This document shows, in pieces, positions 57,309-64,000 of a DNA stretch of 64,000 bases (positions are counted from its first letter, which is position 1; every line of letters begins with the position of its first letter). This stretch comes from a virus: the IMG/VR virus record IMGVR_UViG_3300037189_013517, positions 2,391 through 66,390 of that record; one strand, written 5' to 3'. The translations under genes and the position numbers were made by a program. The notes beneath the pieces were generated by a model that was given only the letters and a program-made list of their open reading frames with translations, searched no databases and was not told the DNA's origin.

Positions 57309-57779
57309 ATGAAAAAATTGAATGTTCAGGAAGTAAAAAGTTTTATCGAAGCACAGACTCCTGAAACTAAAATTTATTTAGGGGCAGATTCTGCTCGCTA
57401 CAAATATAAAGATAAATGGTATGCGGATTATACAATCGCAGTAGTTATACATATAGATGGATGTCATGGTTGTAAAATATTCGGCGAAGTGCAAACAGAA
57501 TTAGATTACGACGCCAAGAGTAGTAAACCATCTATGAGATTAATGAATGAAGTCTACAAGGTCGCAGAAGTATATCAGAAGCTTATAGATGTAATAGGTG
57601 ATAGACAAGTTGAAATTCATTTGGATATTAATCCAGATGAAAAACATAATAGTAGTATAGTGATTCAACAGGCAGTTGGGTATATCAAAGGTATGTGTAA
57701 TGTTGTACCTATGGTTAAACCAAGGGCATTTGCTGCAAGTTATGCAGCAGATAGATTCAAAGGACTGCTTGCAGCGTAA
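57309..57779 (+). CDS. RNase H-like YkuK/DUF458 family protein
   Basis: IYLGADS, EIHLDIN, KP.AFAASYAAD. Confidence 0.8.
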   Translation: MKKLNVQEVKSFIEAQTPETKIYLGADSARYKYKDKWYADYTIAVVIHIDGCHGCKIFGEVQTELDYDAKSSKPSMRLMNEVYKVAEVYQKLIDVIGDRQVEIHLDINPDEKHNSSIVIQQAVGYIKGMCNVVPMVKPRAFAASYAADRFKGLLAA

Positions 57780-57796
57780 TTTATAGAAAGGTAAAT

Positions 57797-58027
57797 ATGG
57801 ATATTCAAACGGCAGGTAATTTTTTAGGTGCATCCCTTCTATTTGGGGTAGGGATAGCCTTTATTGGAGTAGTTATTGTTTTCCTAAATAACATAATTTC
57901 TAAATATTGGAAACCGCTAAACTGGTTTAAGTTTATGAATTTTGTAGATGAAAAACAATATCCTAGAATGGAAGTAAAAGAGCCAACGTTAGGCGATCCT
58001 CCCGTGGATAAAAAATTAAAGAACTAA
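57797..58027 (+). CDS. small membrane protein
   Basis: Single TM helix, NN....YWKP, EPTL. Confidence 0.65.
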   Translation: MDIQTAGNFLGASLLFGVGIAFIGVVIVFLNNIISKYWKPLNWFKFMNFVDEKQYPRMEVKEPTLGDPPVDKKLKN

Positions 58028-58105
58028 ATGGGTTGATCGTTTCAATCTGATAGTCGGTTAGTCAGGTGTCCGATAACATCTGACACCATTTTTAAAGGAA
58101 AAGAT

Positions 58106-58255
58106 ATGGCAGAAGTACTAACAAATGATGCTAAAAGATGCAGTTGTGGTCGTAGCCCAACTGGATATTGTCTTGGTTGGCATGGTCTATCTGAAGAAGA
58201 ACTAAGAAAGAAACTTGAAGAAAACGCCAAGCAATTATTGCAAGAGGGCGATTAA
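58106..58255 (+). CDS. CDGSH-like iron-sulfur mini-protein
   Basis: CSCGRSPTGYCLGWH (49 aa); SD AAGGA; not in the ORF track. Confidence 0.7.
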   Translation: MAEVLTNDAKRCSCGRSPTGYCLGWHGLSEEELRKKLEENAKQLLQEGD

Positions 58256-58265
58256 TAGTATTAAC

Positions 58266-58339
58266 GCGGGATTAGTTTAATGGTAAAACGAAAGCCTTCC
58301 AAGCTCTAGTTATCAGTTCGATTCTGATATTCCGCTCCA
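58266..58339 (+). tRNA. tRNA-Gly(TCC)
   Basis: GCGGGAT/ATTCCGC, CTTCCAA loop, GTTCGATTC, T+CCA. Confidence 0.9.
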
Positions 58340-58344
58340 AGGTT

Positions 58345-58623
58345 ATGAAAAAAATGGATGATGAGCCATATGAGAAATGGGTTGATAAAGTTCGTCTTTA
58401 TGAATATGGAATAGCATTACAGCAAATCGCAAAAGGTGACAATCCTGAAGTTGTTTTAGATTCAATGTCTAAGCGAATTCAAAATAAACTTTTGCATCCT
58501 ATTATTGACGAAATACGAAAAGCAAATATATCAACGTATGATTCAGTAATCTCAAAGAAACATTACGAAGAAAATTATTTGAATAAAACCAACCGTGCGG
58601 CTGATCATGTTTTGGATGACTAA
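58345..58623 (+). CDS. stand-alone glutamyl-tRNA reductase (HemA) dimerisation-domain-like protein
   Basis: E...AL..IAKGDNPEVVL..MS.RI.NKLLHP resembles the proteobacterial HemA C-terminus. Confidence 0.65.
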   Translation: MKKMDDEPYEKWVDKVRLYEYGIALQQIAKGDNPEVVLDSMSKRIQNKLLHPIIDEIRKANISTYDSVISKKHYEENYLNKTNRAADHVLDD

Positions 58624-58626
58624 TTG

Positions 58627-58655
58627 TTGACAGTAATACTTTATTATTATATAAT
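58627..58655 (+). promoter_or_regulatory. sigma70 consensus promoter for tRNA-Leu
   Basis: TTGACA-N17-TATAAT. Confidence 0.85.
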
Positions 58656-58664
58656 AGTGTTAAT

Positions 58665-58751
58665 GCCCGGATGGTGGAATAGGTAGACACAACAGACTTA
58701 AAATCTGTCGCTCGCAAGAGCGTGCCGGTTCGATTCCGGCTTCGGGTACCA
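58665..58751 (+). tRNA. tRNA-Leu(TAA)
   Basis: GCCCGGA/TTCGGGT, ACAGA-CTTAAAA-TCTGT, long variable arm, CCA. Confidence 0.94.
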
Positions 58752-58769
58752 TTTTATTAAGGAGATGTT

Positions 58770-59204
58770 ATGAGTTTAAAAGGTACTAAAACTGCAGAAT
58801 GTTTAAAAGAAGCCTTTGCGGGTGAATCAATGGCAAATCGCCGTTATCTTTATTTCGCAAACGGTTGTGACATTGCAGGTGAAAATGATTTAGCAGCATT
58901 GTTTCGTTCTACAGCAGAAGGCGAAACAGGTCATGCACATGGTCATATGGAATATTTAATTGAAGGTGGTGCAGGCGAACCCGGTACAGGTCTCCCAGGC
59001 AAAACACCTCGCGAAATGTTGGAAGCAGCTATTCACGGTGAGACACATGAGTACACAGATATGTATCCCGGCATGGCAAAGACAGCACGTGACGAAGGCT
59101 TTGATGAAGTAGCAGATTGGTTTGAAACTTTAGCTAAGGCAGAACGATCACACGCTAATCGTTATCAGAAAGCTTTGGAAAAATACAACGCTGATAATAG
59201 TTAA
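58770..59204 (+). CDS. short rubrerythrin (no rubredoxin domain)
   Basis: [41 protein letters not shown]. Confidence 0.93.
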   Translation: MSLKGTKTAECLKEAFAGESMANRRYLYFANGCDIAGENDLAALFRSTAEGETGHAHGHMEYLIEGGAGEPGTGLPGKTPREMLEAAIHGETHEYTDMYPGMAKTARDEGFDEVADWFETLAKAERSHANRYQKALEKYNADNS

Positions 59205-59210
59205 GTATGT

Positions 59211-59287
59211 GGGCCGGAAGCTTAAGTGGTATAAGCGTCCGACTCATAATCGGGTGATAGTGAGTTCGAGTCTCACCCGGCCCACCA
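59211..59287 (+). tRNA. tRNA with CAT anticodon, probably Ile2 (lysidine type)
   Basis: GGGCCGG/CCGGCCC; anticodon arm CGACTCATAATCG as in bacterial ileX; A+CCA. Confidence 0.85.
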
Positions 59288-59300
59288 TTTAAAGATAAGT

Positions 59301-59891
59301 ATGCAAAAACATTTTTTCGATATCGGTGGTAACACTGGTCAAACATTTGATTATTTAGATACATTAGATCGTAGTTATAAAGATCATAAATTCTGGATAT
59401 TTGAACCTTCGCCAAGACATTATTCTAAGCTCTTAGAGAAATGTAATAGTAAAGCGAATGAATATGATATTCATATCTGTCCTTTTGGTATAGGTGGAAA
59501 AACAGGTATTCGTCACTTCAGAGAAAAAGATGATCCAATGGGAGATTCATTTCAACCTTGGTTAGCATCAGACCATGAAGTCTTTGATGTGAATAATGGT
59601 TATATGGTACATGCATCAGTAGTCAGTTTACCTGAGTTTATTATTAACAATACTAATCCAGAAGATAAAATTGTTTTAGATATAGATACTGAAGGTAGCG
59701 AATATGAGATGCTTAGTGCATTGGTTCAAACGCCTGCAGCATATAATCGTATTACAGAAATTATGGTAGAATGGCACCATATCAAACCAGAGAATAAAAC
59801 AATATTGCCTGAAGAATTTGATGCTTTCTGTAAAGAAAATAATATTTATGTGGTGCATCGCGGTGATAGTAAACTGTTAGTTAACCTATAA
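59301..59891 (+). CDS. FkbM-family methyltransferase
   Basis: FDIGGNTG, IFEPSP, LDIDTEGSEY, VEWH. Confidence 0.8.
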   Translation: MQKHFFDIGGNTGQTFDYLDTLDRSYKDHKFWIFEPSPRHYSKLLEKCNSKANEYDIHICPFGIGGKTGIRHFREKDDPMGDSFQPWLASDHEVFDVNNGYMVHASVVSLPEFIINNTNPEDKIVLDIDTEGSEYEMLSALVQTPAAYNRITEIMVEWHHIKPENKTILPEEFDAFCKENNIYVVHRGDSKLLVNL

Positions 59892-59900
59892 GGAGTTAGT

Positions 59901-60161
59901 ATGTTTACATTTGATAGTGCACCTAGAGTAGATAAGGGCAGATATACATCTGAAGCAGCAGCTAAAAAAGTAGGTGGTATCTATGATTTGGTTTTGATTG
60001 CTAGTGCCAGAGCACGTGAATTGAAAAAACACCATTCCAAAGATACTGCAAGAACTTGTATTGTTGCAGCAATTGGAGACGTAGAAGAAGGTAAAGCTGG
60101 GCGCGAATATTTGATACAGCACCAAAAGGATATTGCTAATCAGTATCGCAAACACAAATGA
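59901..60161 (+). CDS. RNA polymerase omega-subunit-like protein (RpoZ family)
   Basis: KVGGIYDLVLIASARAREL...VAAI.DVEEGK matches the RpoZ core pattern. Confidence 0.75.
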   Translation: MFTFDSAPRVDKGRYTSEAAAKKVGGIYDLVLIASARARELKKHHSKDTARTCIVAAIGDVEEGKAGREYLIQHQKDIANQYRKHK

Positions 60162-60172
60162 ACAACTTATAA

Positions 60173-60201
60173 TAGACTTAATTACTTAATTCTGTTATAA
60201 T
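60173..60201 (+). promoter_or_regulatory. sigma70-type promoter
   Basis: TAGACT-N17-TATAAT. Confidence 0.65.
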
Positions 60202-60255
60202 TGTATTGTAGTGAAAAAGTACTACATTTTTATTTTTTATTTTAATGGAGATCAT

Positions 60256-60507
60256 ATGTTAAAAGATCGTATTTTGAGTATGTTAAAATCAGGTCGTCAG
60301 TTGACACCTTCACAACTTGCAACTTCGTTGGCTACTTCCGAAGACAGTATTCGTCCTCGTATTAGCGAATTGCGTGCAGAAGGTTTCGCAATTTACACAA
60401 ACCAAACTAAGACAGGCAAGACTGCTTATCGCTTAGGCACACCAAGCCGCAAAATGGTTGCAGCAGCCTATGCAATGTATGGTAGCGAAGCATTTAGTCG
60501 CGTATAA
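60256..60507 (+). CDS. winged HTH DNA-binding protein
   Basis: RIL.ML.SG..LT..QLA......IR.RISELR..G..IY; SD GGAG. Confidence 0.8.
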   Translation: MLKDRILSMLKSGRQLTPSQLATSLATSEDSIRPRISELRAEGFAIYTNQTKTGKTAYRLGTPSRKMVAAAYAMYGSEAFSRV

Positions 60508-60529
60508 TCAACTAACCTAATATTATATC

Positions 60530-61081
60530 ATGGAACTTGACTTTAATAATGCTGAAGTTAGGAAACAAATGAATAAGCTGGTCGCAGCTAAGAATAGCGG
60601 ACTAGTCAAGTTGACGCAAGAACAACTTGAGAGTATTACCCAATACTCTAAATGGAAATACGAGGATAGAAAAGCTAACCTATCTCCTCAGAAGAAGGCA
60701 GCAATTCGCAAGAAAACTCGTATTGAACGCCGAACGAAAAAGGCTGACCCTTCTCAGTTCGGCAAGTTGGAATACGCAGCACTTAAAGTGAGAGCTAAAG
60801 ATAAAGGATACGAATTTGATTTGAGTCCTGAATTTTTACAAGAACTATTTGATAAGACAGGTGGCGTATGCCAACAAACAGGGATTCCATTCGATATGGC
60901 ATTAGGTACGAAAAAGAATCGTAACCCGTTACGTCCAAGCGTAGATCGTATAGACTCATCTAAAGGTTATACGCAGGACAATGTTCGCTTAGTATTAACC
61001 ATAGTAAACATAGCAAAATCAGATTTTCCTGACGATGTTGTAAATACAGTGGTTGAAGCATGGGCAAACAATTTAAAGTAA
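60530..61081 (+). CDS. His-Me finger (HNH-like) endonuclease-domain protein
   Basis: C..TG.PF, PSVDRIDSSKGY..DNV.LV...VN.AK. Confidence 0.7.
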   Translation: MELDFNNAEVRKQMNKLVAAKNSGLVKLTQEQLESITQYSKWKYEDRKANLSPQKKAAIRKKTRIERRTKKADPSQFGKLEYAALKVRAKDKGYEFDLSPEFLQELFDKTGGVCQQTGIPFDMALGTKKNRNPLRPSVDRIDSSKGYTQDNVRLVLTIVNIAKSDFPDDVVNTVVEAWANNLK

Positions 61082-61101
61082 ACGGATTAAAATTCCCCTT
61101 C

Positions 61102-61127
61102 AGGGCGGCTTCGGTCGCCCTTTTTTT
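61102..61127 (+). terminator. rho-independent terminator
   Basis: AGGGCGGC-TTCG-GTCGCCCT followed by a T run. Confidence 0.85.
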
Positions 61128-61144
61128 ATCTAAATTTTACTGGG

Positions 61145-61152
61145 TATAAATA
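61145..61152 (+). promoter_or_regulatory. T4-type late promoter
   Basis: TATAAATA. Confidence 0.75.
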
Positions 61153-61168
61153 TATGAAAGGGGGATTT

Positions 61169-61585
61169 ATGCAATTTAAACATTTACGTTCAAAATTAAT
61201 AGAAGCCAAAAAGGATGTTGCGGGAAGAATGTCCTTGACGTATGGGTCTCAACGACAGGATAAATTAGCATTAGATCCTGGTGAAAAAGAAATGTCAAGA
61301 CTTAATCCTTTACGAAAAGATTTAAATCCTGCTCCAAAAGATACTTCTAAAGTGCCAGATAATATTAAAACAGATGTGCCGGATTTTATTCAGCAAGATA
61401 GAGACGCTGCAGAAAAATTAAAAATAGATAATGAACGGGCACGTCAAAACTATTCCGCAGGTGTATCTGCCACAGATGCTGCATTTAAAGAAATAGATAG
61501 ACAAGAAAAACAAAAATATAAGCAAGATATTCAAGGACACTCTACTAATAAAGGTAGAGGATGGGAAGGTAAGGTAGGTAAATGA
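61169..61585 (+). CDS. late hypothetical protein (possible internal head protein)
   Basis: MQFKHLRSKLIEA N-terminus; follows a late promoter. Confidence 0.6.
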   Translation: MQFKHLRSKLIEAKKDVAGRMSLTYGSQRQDKLALDPGEKEMSRLNPLRKDLNPAPKDTSKVPDNIKTDVPDFIQQDRDAAEKLKIDNERARQNYSAGVSATDAAFKEIDRQEKQKYKQDIQGHSTNKGRGWEGKVGK

Positions 61586-62085
61586 AATACGACGGATTAC
61601 AAAAGGACATTATAAAAGTCCTAATCGGAGAACAAGGCCTCCCTAATATGCCTAAGGGTATGCGGGAACCCGGTGAAGATGATGCTCCTAAAAAGCCTAA
61701 AGCTTTAGAGCCAGGTTCAGAACCAAAAGCGGAAAAACCTGTTCCTAAAGCAGAACCCGCAAAAGGAGTGCCTGATCCTAAAGCAGAACCTGCAAAAGAT
61801 GAGAAACCTAAGGTAGATATGTCTAAACCTAAGGTGGATAAACCTAGTACACCAAACGATACAACCTATTCAGATAATATTGATACTAAAGTTGATGTTC
61901 CCAAAGAAAGAGGACTTCTTTCTAAGGATGCTCTCCCGAGAGAACCTGGAGAAGTTAGATTTAAAGCTCCAGAAAATATGAAACCGTCACCGAAAGTAAT
62001 AGATATACCGAGTGGCAGTGGTAGTAGAGATGGTACTTTTTACAATAAAAACTTTAATCCGAATAAGTTTAAACGATATATTTAA
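61582..62085 (+). CDS. Pro/Lys-rich low-complexity late protein
   Basis: PKAEPAK repeats. Confidence 0.65.
   Translation: MKYDGLQKDIIKVLIGEQGLPNMPKGMREPGEDDAPKKPKALEPGSEPKAEKPVPKAEPAKGVPDPKAEPAKDEKPKVDMSKPKVDKPSTPNDTTYSDNIDTKVDVPKERGLLSKDALPREPGEVRFKAPENMKPSPKVIDIPSGSGSRDGTFYNKNFNPNKFKRYI
61744..61798 (+). repeat. 22-bp imperfect direct repeat (2 copies) coding PKAEPAK
   Basis: CCTAAAGCAGAACC(C/T)GCAAAAG at 61744 and 61777. Confidence 0.7.
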
Positions 62086-62103
62086 AGAAGTATTTTTGTT
62101 CAA

Positions 62104-63408
62104 ATGGAAAAAATGATATTACAGTTTAGCAACTTCTTATTAGAAGAATATTTAGCAGAAGCTGCATCTAGTTCTGTTTCAAATGACGATAAAGGTAAGT
62201 TACACGAACTACTTTTAGCCAAGCATCTTCATCCTTCCGGTAATCTCCCTGAGCATTTTAGAGCGTCTTCTGAAGAGTCAAAATCTAAAGGACATGCTGG
62301 GTCTCCATCGGAAGTACATGATAGAATTGCGGAAAGAATAGGCGAAGAAGCATATAATGAAATAGATCAGCATGCAAAAACTACAGCAACTGCCGTTAAA
62401 AAGAATCTTAAAGACCGAGGTGTATTAGATAAAGATACGACCATCGGCAATGTTCATTGGACATCTAATCGTGATACTGCAAAAAAGCCAGGTGATCACG
62501 AAACATTGACTGGTGTTAAAGATACAAATTCAAATGCAGACATGATGCTAACATTACATAGACATGGCAAAATTATAGATTATCATGGTGTATCTGCAAA
62601 GTATGGTACTTTAAAGAAACCCAATTATAAAAATCCTGGCGCTGCCACATTAGAAGAAATGGCTGGTCTCCGCAAAGGTCGTATTGAAGAAATAATGCAA
62701 CCACATCATAACCTTATGGAAAAGATTGGGTATTATGGAAGCGCCGAACAAAGAAAACGACAATATAAAGCCGATGCGTTAGTAGCAAAAGAAGGCATAG
62801 ACAAAGTAAAAGAAATTGCAGCAAAGGTTACTAAAATTAAGGCTAAGGTAGATAGTAAAAAGCCTTTGTCTAAAGAAGAAGTAGAATTACATAAAAATCA
62901 TAAAGACGAATTGCCATATATAAAACAATTTATTGATGCACATGAGTCGCATTCGGATAAAGAAAATTTTGTGCAGAGTGCGGTAGACAGAGTTAAAATG
63001 GCGGAAACTTCTAAAAAGCAACATTTAAATATGGTTGCTAAAGAATTACAACATGGTCTAATGGCTAAGGTAGGACAAGAAGGCGATTATGATCCTAAGA
63101 AAGTAGGTAAACAACTGTGGGAAATGATTCGAAATCACGTATCACCTAATACAGTTGTACCGCATACCGTTGCTCATAGTTGGGTTCAAGAAGATGGTAA
63201 ATCTGAACCGATTGTAAAGAATATGAAAAATATTGCTGACGATCATTTATATCATTATCACAGTCTACATGTTGCTAACGATGTTAAATCAGGTATAGTA
63301 ATTCGAGGAACACACAAAGCAACAGGCGAAATTCGGAATGTTGCTCAATATGGATTGAAGACACAATCCGGCCCACATTCCTCAGTTGTTTCTACACTAA
63401 CACTATAA
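62104..63408 (+). CDS. hypothetical protein, possible PD-(D/E)xK nuclease fold with capsid-targeting-like N-terminus
   Basis: FSNFLLEE.LAEA N-terminus; KGKLHE...NADMML...GVSAK. Confidence 0.55.
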   Translation: MEKMILQFSNFLLEEYLAEAASSSVSNDDKGKLHELLLAKHLHPSGNLPEHFRASSEESKSKGHAGSPSEVHDRIAERIGEEAYNEIDQHAKTTATAVKKNLKDRGVLDKDTTIGNVHWTSNRDTAKKPGDHETLTGVKDTNSNADMMLTLHRHGKIIDYHGVSAKYGTLKKPNYKNPGAATLEEMAGLRKGRIEEIMQPHHNLMEKIGYYGSAEQRKRQYKADALVAKEGIDKVKEIAAKVTKIKAKVDSKKPLSKEEVELHKNHKDELPYIKQFIDAHESHSDKENFVQSAVDRVKMAETSKKQHLNMVAKELQHGLMAKVGQEGDYDPKKVGKQLWEMIRNHVSPNTVVPHTVAHSWVQEDGKSEPIVKNMKNIADDHLYHYHSLHVANDVKSGIVIRGTHKATGEIRNVAQYGLKTQSGPHSSVVSTLTL

Positions 63409-64000
63409 TGAAAAATTTTACTCAATTTTTAACAGAAGCAGAACAAGAAAAAAGTAAAGCTGTTAAGCATTTAGCGCACCTTGGCGGCGAAGCTCATTTT
63501 TTTGGTAAGAACGAATCGGATGCAGATTTAACTAGGTTAGGGGATCTGCACAAATACCTTTCAGGTGAAAAATCATCTACAAAAAGTGTAGTTATTAAAG
63601 CAGACGGTTCCCCATCTTTTGAAATGGGTCACGTCATGAATCCTGCTACCGGACAAAAAGAATTTGGTGTAGCATACAAAGGTGCTTCTAAAGGATATGC
63701 CTTTAATCAACAAGACATTGAAGACAAATTTGGACACTCTGAAGGGTTGAAGTCCAAAATGGGTCAGCTATTAGAACATGGCAGGAAGGTAGTTTCTAAG
63801 TTACATGGAGTGTATCAAGGTGACTTCATGGGTAGTGGAAAAGATAAAACAATTAAACAGGAAGGCGATGAGATAACTCATCAAGAAAATTTAATTAAGT
63901 ATCACTATCCTGCAGATTCAGAAGAAGGTAAAAAGCTAAAGAAAGCTAAGATAAGTATGTCTTTACATACTAGAATAGATACTCCGCAACCTGAATATGA
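63408..64000 (+). CDS. 5' part of a conserved T4-like protein (KxDG motif), running off the window
   Basis: MKNFTQFLTEAE, HL.HL, IKADGSPS, GVYQGDFM; open frame to the window end. Confidence 0.65.
   Translation, partial: MKNFTQFLTEAEQEKSKAVKHLAHLGGEAHFFGKNESDADLTRLGDLHKYLSGEKSSTKSVVIKADGSPSFEMGHVMNPATGQKEFGVAYKGASKGYAFNQQDIEDKFGHSEGLKSKMGQLLEHGRKVVSKLHGVYQGDFMGSGKDKTIKQEGDEITHQENLIKYHYPADSEEGKKLKKAKISMSLHTRIDTPQPEY

Noticed and set aside
1026-60155. Numerous short antisense or alternate-frame ORFs in the track (e.g. 1026-1277, 18442-18813, 26203-26556, 44237-44671, 58042-58230)
   Set aside because: They overlap well-supported genes or tRNAs and lack SDs or motifs
1-64000. CRISPR array, integrase/transposase, introns or inteins in gp43/gp41/uvsW, stop-codon reassignment
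   Set aside because: No spaced repeats or mobile-element motifs seen; core genes have normal length and read through in the standard code

Overview
This is a 64-kb AT-rich segment of a large T4-like (Tevenvirinae/Kyanoviridae-type architecture) myovirus genome, almost all on the + strand. Its host is probably a freshwater betaproteobacterium (inference). In order it carries: (1) head genes gp21-gp22-gp23, then gp3, uvsY, uvsW and gp55; (2) a 7-deazaguanine modification cluster (queE, a PRTase, folE, a DEDDh exonuclease, a TGT/DpdA-like protein, a DpdL-like T-fold protein, queD), interleaved with two GT-B glycosyltransferases and galE, with no queC and with a preQ1-riboswitch-like pseudoknot before queD; (3) gp47/gp46 and a VWA-peptidase/MoxR pair; (4) a ~14-kb glycan island (gmd, fcl/colC, a ColD-type dehydratase, GT10/GT11-like transferases, a fused TPP enzyme); (5) gp45/44/62/regA; (6) a 23-aa PQQ precursor peptide gene (pqqA) missed by the ORF track; (7) hsp20 and an inverted lysis-like cassette; (8) gp43, uvsX, gp41; (9) an early/tRNA region with 7 tRNAs, a structured non-coding tract and host-like mini-proteins (RNAP omega-like, HemA dimerisation domain, CDGSH, rubrerythrin, PBP7-like peptidase overlapping tRNA-Trp); (10) late genes with capsid-targeting-like N-termini. 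The strongest leads are the queC-less, glycosyltransferase-coupled 7-deazaguanine system with its candidate riboswitch, and the phage-encoded pqqA. All calls come from motif recognition by eye; no searches were run.
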